Positions 1-8,308 are shown, counted from the first letter of the stretch. The stretch: 64,000 nt of DNA from Terriglobales bacterium (GCA_041946765.1 JBHGAZ010000021.1:4279-68278); one strand, 5' to 3'. Program-made: numbers and translations. The notes: generated by a model from the letters alone, not told the origin.

Positions 1-1121
1 TCCAGTTCAGCCAGCTTCTGGTAGAGGTCGCGCGCGGAGGTCAGCGCCCCTTCCTGCACGTACGCGTGCGCCAGCAACTCGGTGACTTCCGCCAGGTGCG
101 TGGTGTTATCGGCCTTGCTGAACAGCTCGCGCAGGATTTCCAGCGCGCGGGAGTTTTCCTTCACCGCGCTAATGCAGCCATGCATAGCTTCGACGACTGC
201 AGTGGAATCGGCGGAAAGCAGGCGGTCGGAATGTTCGCGATAAAGGCGCAGCGCGTTTTCGTGTGCGCCGCTGGCCATCATGGCGTCCGCCAGAGCGGTA
301 ATGCCGCTGGGATCGTTGAATACGTTGAGAATCTTGCGCGCAATCGGCTCGGCTTCTTCGATCTTTCCGAGTTGCAGGTATGCCTGCAGTAGCAGCCGAA
401 GCGCATCCTGGCGCGAGTCAATGTCCGGCAGCATTTCCAAATACCGGATAGCGCCGTCGGCATCTTCAGCCTGTAGCCGCACCTGGCCGCGCAACAGGAC
501 AGCTTGCATAAATCCAGGATCCAGGCCGATGACATGCTCCAGAGCGTCATCACAAGCGTCCAGCGCGCCCTTCGCGTGCAGCGCCTGAGCGGAGCGGAAG
601 TAGAGATCGCGCGCCTCCGCTTTCTTGTTCACCCGGACATACAGTTCCGCTACGCGGTTCTGCATGCTCATGTTGTCCGGGTCGAGCTCAAGCACGCGCT
701 GAAAGACAATGACCGCCTGATCAAGGTCGTTCTTGCGCAGAAAGGCGTCGGCCACAACCATGTATTGCGCGCGCGCGTCGTTATAAAGTCCCTGCTGGGT
801 GTAGAGTTCGGCCAGTTTCAGGATGGCGTCAGTGGCGTTGGGGTTCTGCTTGGTGAGCTTCTTGTACATGGCGATGGCTTTTACGGTGAAGCCGTCGCTG
901 GCGTAGGCGTCGCCGACACGTTTGAAGTAAGCGGTGGCCTGCTCGGTGTCCCCCACGCGCGCGTACAAGTCGCCAATGGTGTTGAGAACAGTCAGGTCCT
1001 TCGGGTCTTCTTTGGCGATCTTTTCGTAATCGGCGATGGCGTTTTGCAGTCTGCCCTGCTTAACGTTTTTTTCCGCCGAGGCGAGAACCTTCGCCTTGTT
1101 GAAGCCGAACCCAAATGCCAT
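1..1121 (-). CDS. TPR-repeat protein (C-terminus lies beyond the window edge)
   Basis: Own minus-strand translation from ATG (plus 1119-1121, GGAG 12 nt upstream): MAFGFGFNKAKVLASAEKNVKQGRLQNAIADYEKIAKEDPKDLTVLNTIGDLYARVGDTEQATAYFKRVGDAYASDGF... It stays open to position 1 and shows a recurring ~34-aa helical-pair pattern typical of TPR. It is missing from the ORF track because it runs off the edge. Track ORF 504..1751(+) is its antisense shadow. Confidence 0.7.
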   Translation of the reverse strand, partial: MAFGFGFNKAKVLASAEKNVKQGRLQNAIADYEKIAKEDPKDLTVLNTIGDLYARVGDTEQATAYFKRVGDAYASDGFTVKAIAMYKKLTKQNPNATDAILKLAELYTQQGLYNDARAQYMVVADAFLRKNDLDQAVIVFQRVLELDPDNMSMQNRVAELYVRVNKKAEARDLYFRSAQALHAKGALDACDDALEHVIGLDPGFMQAVLLRGQVRLQAEDADGAIRYLEMLPDIDSRQDALRLLLQAYLQLGKIEEAEPIARKILNVFNDPSGITALADAMMASGAHENALRLYREHSDRLLSADSTAVVEAMHGCISAVKENSRALEILRELFSKADNTTHLAEVTELLAHAYVQEGALTSARDLYQKLAEL

Positions 1122-1461
1122 AGTGTTGGAACTCCGCGGCAGCGTGCAACCTACAGCAGCCCGCCCCACGGAGCGAAGCGCTGGCGAAATACCGCCGGAG
1201 AAAGACCGCTGCTGCCGCACAGACGGTCCGCTGACAATTCAGCGGCTCCCTCCCTGGGGCAGACACCTCGGCGAGCCGCTCTGAATTTGAGTGTACAGTA
1301 CCACATCGCCAACCCCGGTTGCAGCACCCGAAAGACTCTGTACCACAGAAGTTTCGCATCGGGAAGCCCCGTTGGGACCGACAGGCTAGCGGGACAGCGG
1401 CAGGTATGGCGAAGGATGCGATGCCGAGCCAGTCGCTCCCTTTCATTGTTTTCGTTGATCA

Positions 1462-1482
1462 CGGCGGGAGAGGGATTCGAAC
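1462..1482 (-). repeat. 21-nt copy (1 mismatch) of the T-loop-to-acceptor 3' end of tRNA-Ser; not part of any foldable tRNA (att-scar candidate)
   Basis: Plus-strand cggcgggagagggattcgaac versus tRNA-Ser 1598-1618 cggagggagagggattcgaac. There is no complementary 5' acceptor strand, D arm or anticodon arm in the adjacent 110 nt. Confidence 0.6.
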
Positions 1483-1594
1483 TTGAGCCGCGTCGCGGGC
1501 GTGAGAAGCGAAGCGACGGGAGCCTGCAGGCGAATCCCGACCTGAGCGGAGCGAGACAGGGCACCCTTGGCAACAAAAATTTCCAGATAAAATC

Positions 1595-1684
1595 TGGCGG
1601 AGGGAGAGGGATTCGAACCCCCGGTACCCTTCCGGGTACAGCGGTTTTCAAGACCGCCCGTTTCGACCGCTCACGCATCCCTCC
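1595..1684 (-). tRNA. tRNA-Ser (anticodon UGA), class II, CCA encoded
   Basis: The minus-strand 90 nt GGAGGGATGCGTGAGCGGTCGAAACGGGCGGTCTTGAAAACCGCTGTACCCGGAAGGGTACCGGGGGTTCGAATCCCTCTCCCTCCGCCA folds by hand as follows. It has a 7-bp acceptor, a 3-bp D stem and an anticodon stem GCGGT/ACCGC with loop CTTGAAA. It also has a long variable arm GTACCC-GGAA-GGGTAC and a T arm GGGGG-TTCGAAT-CCCTC. Confidence 0.92.
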
Positions 1685-1688
1685 GCGG
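1644..1688. repeat. attL-type direct repeat (tRNA-Ser nt 1-41 plus 4 nt upstream)
   Basis: gttttcaagaccgcccgtttcgaccgctcacgcatccctccgcgg is identical to 17573-17617. Confidence 0.85.
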
Positions 1689-1730
1689 TCCGTTATCAAC
1701 AGTTTAGCAGGTGTTAGTGCGCCAAAACCC

Positions 1731-1746
1731 ACTGCACGCACTGCAC
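1731..1746 (+). promoter_or_regulatory. Two tandem ACTGCAC heptamers (candidate Int arm-type / Xis binding sites)
   Basis: actgcacgcactgcac lies between attL and the int stop codon. The same heptamer is clustered at 3137-3154 (inverted) and at 17443-17478. Confidence 0.35.
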
Positions 1747-1753
1747 AATAAGC

Positions 1754-2896
1754 TCAATTCACCGTAGCTGGCTGGTTCAGCGCACGCTCCAAGGTGTCGC
1801 GAAGCGCCGCTACGGTCTTCTCCTGCCGTGCCTTGATGTAGATGTTCGTGGTCGTCGCCAGTTGTTCATGCCTCAAGATCGCCTGAATGATCTTGTCCTG
1901 CACTCCCAACTCGTACAGATTCGTCGCCAGTCCACGCCGGAACGCGTGCCAACCGTGCCACTCAAGACCTGCTGTCTTCAGCGTCGGCGCAATGTAGGTG
2001 CGAGCAAGCGAGTCGAGATTCAGACCGCGGTCATCGTCGTAACGGAATATACGTCCGGTACTCGGATTCCCCTGTAACAGCCGATGCTCTTCCAGGATTC
2101 CCGCGAGCTGAGCGATGACTGGTACGGGGGCCTTACTCCGTGGCGTCTTCGGCTCGTACACATGCTTTTCCCACACTGACCGGCTTACGTGCAGCGCACC
2201 ATCGTGATAGTCAGCCCAGTCGAGACCGCGCAGTTCACCTCGACGAAGCCCCGTAAATGCCGCAGTTGCTACCACCGCCCGCGCTGAGCCGCGCAGCACC
2301 ATTAGCATTTTCGTGATCTCGTCGAGTGAATAGGCATAGGTCTCCTCGCCTGTGCGCCCGCCGGGAATCGACACGCCATGCATCGGGTTTCCTGTATTCA
2401 GAAACCCGTACCGCCGCGCGTGCGTAAAAACCCCTGACAGAAATGCCTTGATGTGTCTCAGCGACATCTTTGTCAGCTTTGTCACCCGCGCCAGTGTGTG
2501 CATCAGAAGCTCGCCATCTGAGGGCTTGAAGTCCCGCAGCAGCTTCCTCCTAATGCGAGACTGCAAGTGGTTCTCATAGATGTGCCGATATCCTTTGTGC
2601 GTGGAGGCGCGTTTGTTCTCCTTCACGAACGGCAGATACTTGGTCTCGACAAACTGCCCGATGGTCATCGGGGGCTCATCTTTCGAGGCTCCAGCGTTTA
2701 CATCCGCCAGGAAATCCTGCGCCAACGGTTTCACCGAGCTTTCTGTTCTGTGCTGGTCATCCCGCGGTGCAAGTCTCCGAGCGATCTGCGCCCGCTTGAT
2801 GGAACCGTCAGCTTGCACGACATGATCGCGATAGCGTACGTACCACCAACCGTTTTCAGCGTAAATGTACCCGTGTTGGTAGCGAGTCCTTCTCAT
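1754..2896 (-). CDS. int: Tyrosine-type site-specific integrase
   Basis: 380 aa from the ATG at 2896 (MRRTRYQHGYIYAENGWWYVRYRD...). The C-terminal recombinase signature is ...LRRGELRGLDW...HGWHAFRRGLATNLYELGV...LRHEQLATTTNIYI (R...HxxR...Y). The track ORF extends to 3064, but that part overlaps xis. Confidence 0.88.
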   Translation of the reverse strand: MRRTRYQHGYIYAENGWWYVRYRDHVVQADGSIKRAQIARRLAPRDDQHRTESSVKPLAQDFLADVNAGASKDEPPMTIGQFVETKYLPFVKENKRASTHKGYRHIYENHLQSRIRRKLLRDFKPSDGELLMHTLARVTKLTKMSLRHIKAFLSGVFTHARRYGFLNTGNPMHGVSIPGGRTGEETYAYSLDEITKMLMVLRGSARAVVATAAFTGLRRGELRGLDWADYHDGALHVSRSVWEKHVYEPKTPRSKAPVPVIAQLAGILEEHRLLQGNPSTGRIFRYDDDRGLNLDSLARTYIAPTLKTAGLEWHGWHAFRRGLATNLYELGVQDKIIQAILRHEQLATTTNIYIKARQEKTVAALRDTLERALNQPATVN

Positions 2897-3123
2897 TTCT
2901 GCTCCTTTCTTGCGGACTCGCCCTCTACCGTTTTGGACCCTTGTCGCTGCCGTGCGAACCAGTCGTCTAGATCGGGGCAGCCAAACTCGAATCGAACATA
3001 GCGGCCAAGCCGGACGTGGGGAATGGGGTCCTTTGCACGGGAGCGGACATAATCGCGTATCCACGATGCAGGCACCTTCCAGCGCCGCGCCAACTCAACC
3101 GAATCAATGATCTCGCAAGCCAT
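2893..3123 (-). CDS. Excisionase / AlpA-like HTH DNA-binding protein
   Basis: 76 aa, MACEIIDSVELARRWKVPASWIRDYVRSRAKDPIPHVRLGRYVRFE..., the pattern of small excisionase-family HTH proteins. Its stop overlaps the int start (ATGA at 2893-2896). Confidence 0.7.
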   Translation of the reverse strand: MACEIIDSVELARRWKVPASWIRDYVRSRAKDPIPHVRLGRYVRFEFGCPDLDDWFARQRQGSKTVEGESARKEQK

Positions 3124-3136
3124 ATTACTGGGTAAC

Positions 3137-3154
3137 GTGCAGTAACTGTGCAGT
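3137..3154 (-). promoter_or_regulatory. Two ACTGCAC heptamers (inverted orientation) just upstream of xis
   Basis: Plus strand gtgcagtaactgtgcagt, 14-31 nt upstream of the xis ATG (3123). Confidence 0.35.
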
Positions 3155-3217
3155 AGCCTTTCTAAGTCTTTGATTTCACGCGGCCAGAACTCGACCGGCG
3201 GTTAGGGAGACCGCTGG

Positions 3218-3706
3218 TCAAAGTGATTCCATCCGCGTCTTCAGTCCGGCGACAACCGCGCGAAGACTCAACGCGTAATAAACGCCGTTTCCCTCCGTGA
3301 TTTGGGGCGGCTGCCTTGAGAAATCGACCTTTGGGCCCTCTTTGCCACGCTTAAGCAGGACCCACCACCAGTGCGCCTTCCTGCCCTGCTCGTCGATGCC
3401 CAGGAGATCGCGATCTTCGACTTCGCTTAGCACGGTAACAATCAGCTCGGGCGTGAAGCCGTCTTTCCACATGCGTACGGCGACTCCTAACCGGTACACG
3501 TCAGTCTCACTGAACAGTCGTCGCGACCCACGCCGCCCCTCCGGACCGAGCCGTCCTGACGCCGCAAGCGGATAGCTCTTCACGTCTAAGAATTTTTGTA
3601 AGCGCCAAACGGGTATCTGAAGAATGTCGGCGACTTCTCCGGTACCAAATTGACGGACAGGCAAGGCCGCGGTTTCGAGCACGTCTTTGTATGTTCTGCG
3701 CTGCAT
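3218..3706 (-). CDS. Putative HTH DNA-binding regulator (MerR/excisionase-like fold), island-encoded
   Basis: 162 aa from the ATG at 3706: MQRRTYKDVLETAALPVRQFGTGEVADILQIPVWRLQKFL...RLFSETDVYRLGVAVRMWKDGF. It is divergent from the 3791 gene across an AT-rich spacer. Confidence 0.5.
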   Translation of the reverse strand: MQRRTYKDVLETAALPVRQFGTGEVADILQIPVWRLQKFLDVKSYPLAASGRLGPEGRRGSRRLFSETDVYRLGVAVRMWKDGFTPELIVTVLSEVEDRDLLGIDEQGRKAHWWWVLLKRGKEGPKVDFSRQPPQITEGNGVYYALSLRAVVAGLKTRMESL

Positions 3707-3734
3707 AACTCCCTGAGCATTACACATTATGATT

Positions 3735-3743
3735 TGATATAAT
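3735..3743 (+). promoter_or_regulatory. Extended -10 element TGATATAAT in the divergent island regulatory region
   Basis: tgatataat lies within the AT-rich stretch ttacacattatgatttgatataataataac, about 48 nt upstream of the ATG at 3791. Confidence 0.4.
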
Positions 3744-3790
3744 AATAACGGTTTGGGGGTTGCTCCCGCAACTCTGTGGGAAGGGAAAAT

Positions 3791-4018
3791 ATGACGGACA
3801 AAAAGGCCACTGAATCCATGCTGAGCCCACGAAGCGCGGCTCAACGGCTTGGCACAACGCTTGTCTGGATTTACCACGAACTTTGGGCTGGGCGGCTGCC
3901 GGGTGCGCGCAAGGTGGGCAGCACGTGGCGAATACCGACGGAAGTAATCGAAGCACGGCTAAAGGCGAAGAACGAGCACGCCACTCGGCGCGTTACTCGC
4001 CGTGAGCATGGAAGATGA
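3791..4018 (+). CDS. Excisionase-family HTH DNA-binding protein
   Basis: MTDKKATESMLSPRSAAQRLGTTLVWIYHELWAGRLPGARKVGSTWRIPTEVIEARL. GGGAAGGGA lies upstream of the ATG. The stop overlaps the next start (ATGA). Confidence 0.6.
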   Translation: MTDKKATESMLSPRSAAQRLGTTLVWIYHELWAGRLPGARKVGSTWRIPTEVIEARLKAKNEHATRRVTRREHGR

Positions 4019-4320
4019 CTTCGGCAACTCATGCGTTGAACACACCTACCATTTACGACGAGCACGAACTCGCTTTAGCCGCGTTCCTTTGGGCTAAAGG
4101 CCACCGTCTCCTGGAGGTAATCCCGGACCGCCAGCGCCGAGTGCACAAGGTTTTCCGATTCGCTGCGGACGAGCGGATCGGGAAGGACATTGAGGACTAC
4201 TGGAACGGCGCAACGGTGCACGCGCGGGACTTCGCGCGCTGTATCGCGGAACTGAAGTCGTTGGTTCATCGACCCCAGAGTGTAAGAAGTACTCCGCGGG
4301 CGATTGCACCGCGACTGTGA
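4015..4320 (+). CDS. Small hypothetical protein, translationally coupled between the HTH and rep-like genes
   Basis: 101 aa with ATGA/GTGA overlaps on both sides. I have a faint memory of DUF5659-type small phage/plasmid proteins (LAAFLWAKGHRLLEV...FRF), but this is not verifiable here. Confidence 0.45.
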   Translation: MTSATHALNTPTIYDEHELALAAFLWAKGHRLLEVIPDRQRRVHKVFRFAADERIGKDIEDYWNGATVHARDFARCIAELKSLVHRPQSVRSTPRAIAPRL

Positions 4321-5861
4321 GCTGCAATGACACGGCTCACATACGAGAACGAGACATGCATACGCAGGACATACAGAGCGGCGCTGTGACTGACAGCGCT
4401 GGAACCACAACGACTCAGCTTGAGAACGCGAAAACGCTAGTTACACAGACCACACCGCAACAACCCGAACATACGAAGAAGCAGAGTAACGCTCCACCGA
4501 GGACTTCCCCAACCGCCGTGGTCTCTGCTCCCGCGCGAGCCCTCAGCGAATCTCGAAACGGCAGTACTCACCGGAATGCATCGCTTGCTTTTCCTGAGAC
4601 TGGCTACGTAGGGGTTGCGGCGAAGCTAGCCGAGTTACTGAGTCAGCACTACGAGTCTCCCAAGGAGTTCATCTACATCGACATTCTGGCGCTAGTGGGT
4701 CTGGCAATGAGTGGACGTGTGAGGATGGATTTCGGCGACGTACTTACCCAACCGCGACTGTACATCATAAAGGTCGCCCTGTCGGGCTGGGGACGTAAAA
4801 GTTCTTCCACAAAGCTTGCGCGGAACTATATTTCCGAAGCGATGGAGCGGGCGAACGAGCTTAGGCTTAAGGCAGCGCAGCACCAGGATGCGCTCGCAAC
4901 GGCGGAGGACATCGAATACTTCCGCGTTGTGCCGGGTGTTGGCAGCGCAGAGGGACTCGTCAACGCATTTGCACTCTGCGGACGATGTGGAAAGCCAGAA
5001 CATCACGGCGGTGGCCATGCCTATACTCCTCAGCAGCGCATCGCGCTGAGCTACGACGAACTGCGGCGGTTTGAAAAGAAAGCAGGGATTCAGAACGCGG
5101 CGCTGCTACCAATGGTTCAAGAGCTGTACGACAGCAACGAGTATGCGAATTATACGAAGGAGTCTCAGCTAGAGGTTAAGAACGCGCATCTGGTATTTAT
5201 TTCCAACACGACTACTGAGAACTTTGAAAACCTCGTCGACGGATCAGAACTGGCGGATGGCGGCTTTCTCAACCGCAACTTCTTTATGACCGGCGAGCGG
5301 ACGAAGAGAATTTCACGTCCGAAAGCGCCGCCAAAGCCCGTGGTTCAGCCGATCATTGATGAGTTAGCAAGACAGCTCGCAAAGGTACCCACTGACGGCA
5401 CGGAGCTTGTCGTCGGGATGACGGCAGAAGCGGAGCGAATGTGGGATGCGTACTATGAGACTTTGGAAGAGACCGAGGAAAACGCGCGCTTGGACAGCAT
5501 CGGCATACGGCTCATGCCTTTGCTCGCGTTTACTTCCGGCAAAACCGAAGTGGACGCTGACCTGATGCAGTCGATCCTTGTGATCCTCGACTTCCAGGCC
5601 CGCGTACGTGAGATACTTCGTCCGAACCTAGGCGAAAATCCACAAGCGAAATTGGAGAACAAGATTCTGACCGTGTTGCGCAGACGCGGGGCGTTAACAG
5701 AGAGCGAGTTGAAGCAATATACGAACGCTCGACGCGTCGGGAGCGGGGTGTTCGAGAACGTCTTCCGGCACCTCCGCACGTCGAGACAGGTTATTGGCAA
5801 ACAGGTGCGAAGCGGGAACCGGACAGTGAACAAGTACGAGTTGAATCCCGAAAGCATTTAA
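4317..5861 (+). CDS. DUF3987-like replication (primase/helicase-associated) protein
   Basis: 514 aa. The segment FIYIDILALVGLAMSGRVRMDFGDVLTQPRLYIIKVALSGWGRKSSSTKLARNYI matches the recalled DUF3987 core with a degenerate P-loop. An alternative ATG start is at 4356. The iteron array follows immediately. Confidence 0.55.
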   Translation: MSCNDTAHIRERDMHTQDIQSGAVTDSAGTTTTQLENAKTLVTQTTPQQPEHTKKQSNAPPRTSPTAVVSAPARALSESRNGSTHRNASLAFPETGYVGVAAKLAELLSQHYESPKEFIYIDILALVGLAMSGRVRMDFGDVLTQPRLYIIKVALSGWGRKSSSTKLARNYISEAMERANELRLKAAQHQDALATAEDIEYFRVVPGVGSAEGLVNAFALCGRCGKPEHHGGGHAYTPQQRIALSYDELRRFEKKAGIQNAALLPMVQELYDSNEYANYTKESQLEVKNAHLVFISNTTTENFENLVDGSELADGGFLNRNFFMTGERTKRISRPKAPPKPVVQPIIDELARQLAKVPTDGTELVVGMTAEAERMWDAYYETLEETEENARLDSIGIRLMPLLAFTSGKTEVDADLMQSILVILDFQARVREILRPNLGENPQAKLENKILTVLRRRGALTESELKQYTNARRVGSGVFENVFRHLRTSRQVIGKQVRSGNRTVNKYELNPESI

Positions 5862-5866
5862 GACCC

Positions 5867-6133
5867 GTAGTCACGTAGTCAGTGCCGTAGTCGCGCCTTG
5901 ACTACGGTGCAAGTGCATGAAAAAGCAAAACATAAGAGCAACTGTAGTCATGTAGTCAGCCTCCGCATAACTGCGAGGGCGGAAGGCTGATGGTCTCGTC
6001 CGCGCGGCACAGGCCGAAGAAAATCCGGGGCTCAAGGACAATATGACTACATGACTACGCTTTTAGCTAAGCGCCTCTGTTGCATGTGGTTATAGCGTAG
6101 TCACGCTCTGACTACATTTGACTACGTGACTAC
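5867..6133. repeat. Iteron array: 12 copies of GTAGTC(A)/(T)GACTAC, candidate replication origin
   Basis: Forward copies are at 5867, 5875, 5887, 5944, 5952 and 6097. Inverted copies are at 5900, 6045, 6053, 6110, 6120 and 6128. Four pairs have 8-bp spacing. About 0.13 hexamer hits are expected by chance in 267 bp. Confidence 0.8.
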
Positions 6134-6830
6134 GGATTCCCGATCCACCCGCGGTACAAGACCGACCGTGGTCTTGCGTGGTCTTGTTGGTCTTGCTGGT
6201 CCGGCTGTCACGTGCTGCGCAACCGTCCGCGCGCGAGGCTGGCGCAGGACGCATCCTCTGGTACCCGCGTAACGTCTCTCATATGCGATCCGTTTGTATG
6301 TATCGCAGCACGACCTGTCCCCTCCGCCCGCACACAAAAACGGGGCGCGAGAGCGCGGCGGGGACGTTCTCCCGCCTCAGCGAAGCGGTGCATTTCGCGA
6401 CGCTGCAGATGGCGAAGTCAAAGAGAAATTGGCGGCGTCTGTGCTGAATCCGCGGGCAGAGAAGCTCCATGAAGTGGGACCAAGTCGCTTTGCGCTGCGT
6501 GCCCCACGGGGTCACGAGCAGCCCGCCCCGAAGCATGGGATCGGTGGGGGGCAGAACGGTGGGCGTAAAGGAGAAAAGGCGTACGAGGAGGTTGAATCGA
6601 CGGGAAGAAAAGCTCGATTAAGGAGACAGTCCGCATGGGTGCGCTCGCGCCCGCGGCGCTACAAAAGTATGCTCAAAAAGCGACCCCCGGTCGGCCAGGA
6701 GGCCCCAGACGCCCAGGACGCCCGACGCCACAGTGCGGTGGCGCATGTTGGGACGTTTCTTCAGCCCGACTACCTCCCGACGAGGTGCCGCCGTGGGATA
6801 TACGATGATGGCAGAAGACGGCAGCTATGA

Positions 6831-7286
6831 GTGGTGCATTCCATGAATACACGGCATGAATTTGTTTGGGGCATTGAACCGCCCGTCCCTGGACACTGGC
6901 ACAGGCGCTATGACTTGGGCGGATTTGAGGTGGAGGTAACGGCGAACAAGGTGGAGGCGCGTGGCGCAGCCGAACCGGATCAGAAAACGCAGCGGCTTCG
7001 GGCGGAGGCCGTCGTCCAGAACCTGATCCGGGAGATCGGGTATAGGGAGAAGACGCGCTATGCCGTCAGCTTCGGCGCATTCGCCCGATTTGATCCGGCG
7101 ACGAACAGGCGAGATATAGACGTGTATGCCGAACCACTCTCGGTGAAGTTTGGCTTCGGCGATAATCTGGAGACTACCCTTACCGCCCCAGACGGCACTG
7201 TCGTTGCCGATTCTCGGCAGCAGCGGGTCCAACGCACCTTAACTCGGGCGGAGTTGATGGGGAAGGATGGACACTGCATCGCATAA
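6831..7286 (+). CDS. Hypothetical protein; coding signal continues in shifted frames to 7595
   Basis: 151-aa ORF (GTG at 6831, or ATG at 6843). Protein-like translation resumes in another frame at 7286-7519 and returns to the first frame at 7446-7595. Confidence 0.4.
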   Translation: MVHSMNTRHEFVWGIEPPVPGHWHRRYDLGGFEVEVTANKVEARGAAEPDQKTQRLRAEAVVQNLIREIGYREKTRYAVSFGAFARFDPATNRRDIDVYAEPLSVKFGFGDNLETTLTAPDGTVVADSRQQRVQRTLTRAELMGKDGHCIA

Positions 7287-7661
7287 TCGACTTCCGTCTA
7301 GCGTACTACGCCGATCCTGAGAAGAACCTGGATCACCTGTTCAACATCGTTGAACTTGCGGAAGAGAGGTTTGGCGGCGAGAAGAACGCGGCGGCGGCGC
7401 TCGGTGTTAGCCGCAACGATCTGGAGAGGCTAGCAAAGATCGCCAATGATTCCAGTATACGCACCGGCAGGCATCCGGGACAGATCCTACTTCCTCAGCG
7501 TGATCCGACCGCCCGGTGAAATCAGCGACTGTGAGCGCGTGGCAGAGGCGATCATCGAAGGGTATGCACAGTATCTTCAGGCTCGTCAGCCGTGATTCCG
7601 GCGAGTCCCAATTGCTCACTTACTGGGAGAGGCATAGAATTGCCGCTCTCAGGATAACTGA

Positions 7662-8060
7662 ATGAATGCAACCTATCTTGATTTTGCTCAGTGCAGATGC
7701 GGATACCGTACTCCAATCCGACCCTCCAAGCCTGTGATACCAAATGAAGATCAAGAATGGACAGGAACGGATGACGAGTTTCTATTTGTCGCATGTAGCG
7801 AATGTAAGTGGGTGTATAGCGTCGAGACCAAAAATCTGGTAGAGGCTCAATCGCTGTGGGGGTTGGAGCCGTATAACCCCGGCGCTCCCATGCGGCTATT
7901 TCCAGTATCACTGCCATGCGATGAGGCAGGTTGCGGCACTCAGCTACCAGTAATCGCAGTGCGGAAGTCCAATACCAGCGCCGCAGCCTTGCAAGCAGAG
8001 ATCGCGAACTGGCACACGGAAGGGCTGAGGTGTCCACAACACCCGATTTCAAAGCCATGA
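7662..8060 (+). CDS. Cys-rich hypothetical protein (possible zinc-ribbon)
   Basis: 132 aa with CxC, CxxC and CxxxxC spacing (CRC, CSEC, CDEAGC) and a late Cys-x2-His (CPQH). The stop overlaps the next start. Confidence 0.5.
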   Translation: MNATYLDFAQCRCGYRTPIRPSKPVIPNEDQEWTGTDDEFLFVACSECKWVYSVETKNLVEAQSLWGLEPYNPGAPMRLFPVSLPCDEAGCGTQLPVIAVRKSNTSAAALQAEIANWHTEGLRCPQHPISKP

Positions 8061-8308
8061 GACAAATTCTGAAAGTTGTCGCTATTGTCGGTCTGCTGTT
8101 TTGGGGTTACTGCATCTGGCGAATTAACGCTACCTGGCAGCATCGCGATACCCTCAACAAGACTATCTGGTGGGTATTCCTCGGTCTGCTCGGTGGTCTA
8201 TGCATTGGCCTGCTGGGCCGCTGGAGTTGGATTCCTATCGCGGGGCTGTTGCTGGTTATCCTGACCATCAGTGGCGCGTGGCTCGTTCGACTCCTTTTTC
8301 GACCTTAG
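8057..8308 (+). CDS. Small membrane protein (2-3 TM)
   Basis: MRQILKVVAIVGLLFWGYCIWRINATWQHRDTLNKTIWWVFLGLLGGLCIGLLGRWSWIPIAGLLLVILTISGAWLVRLLFRP. ATGA coupling to the upstream gene. Confidence 0.55.
   Translation: MRQILKVVAIVGLLFWGYCIWRINATWQHRDTLNKTIWWVFLGLLGGLCIGLLGRWSWIPIAGLLLVILTISGAWLVRLLFRP

Noticed and set aside
1461-1594. Possible second tRNA (tRNA-Sec, given fdnG) or tmRNA 3' domain because of GGTTCGAATCCC
   Set aside because: No 5' acceptor strand complementary to CTCCCGCC is present. No D arm is present, and no anticodon loop with TCA in a stem context. The T-stem 5' strand (CTCAA) does not pair with CCCTC. At 134 nt the region is too short for tmRNA, and no tag-peptide ORF is present.
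504-1751. 415-aa plus-strand ORF, the longest in the first 2 kb
   Set aside because: It is antisense to the clearly TPR-like minus-strand gene (1..1121) and then runs through the tRNA-Ser gene. Its translation is Arg/Gly/Ala-rich low-information sequence typical of a high-GC shadow ORF.
5867-6133. CRISPR array
   Set aside because: The repeat unit is only 6-7 nt, occurs in both orientations and has irregular spacing. This is iteron-like, not CRISPR-like. No cas genes are present.
6134-6830. Track ORFs 6178..6447, 6212..6472, 6294..6830 and minus-strand ORFs in the same stretch. Also a 57-codon ORF at 6635..6808 with a good AAGGAGA RBS
   Set aside because: The translations are Arg/Pro/Gly-rich without structure-like periodicity, and they overlap one another in all frames. 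The 6635..6808 ORF is the only one with a start signal, but its product (MGALAPAALQKYAQKATPGRPGGPRRPGRP...) is low complexity. The region is left unannotated.
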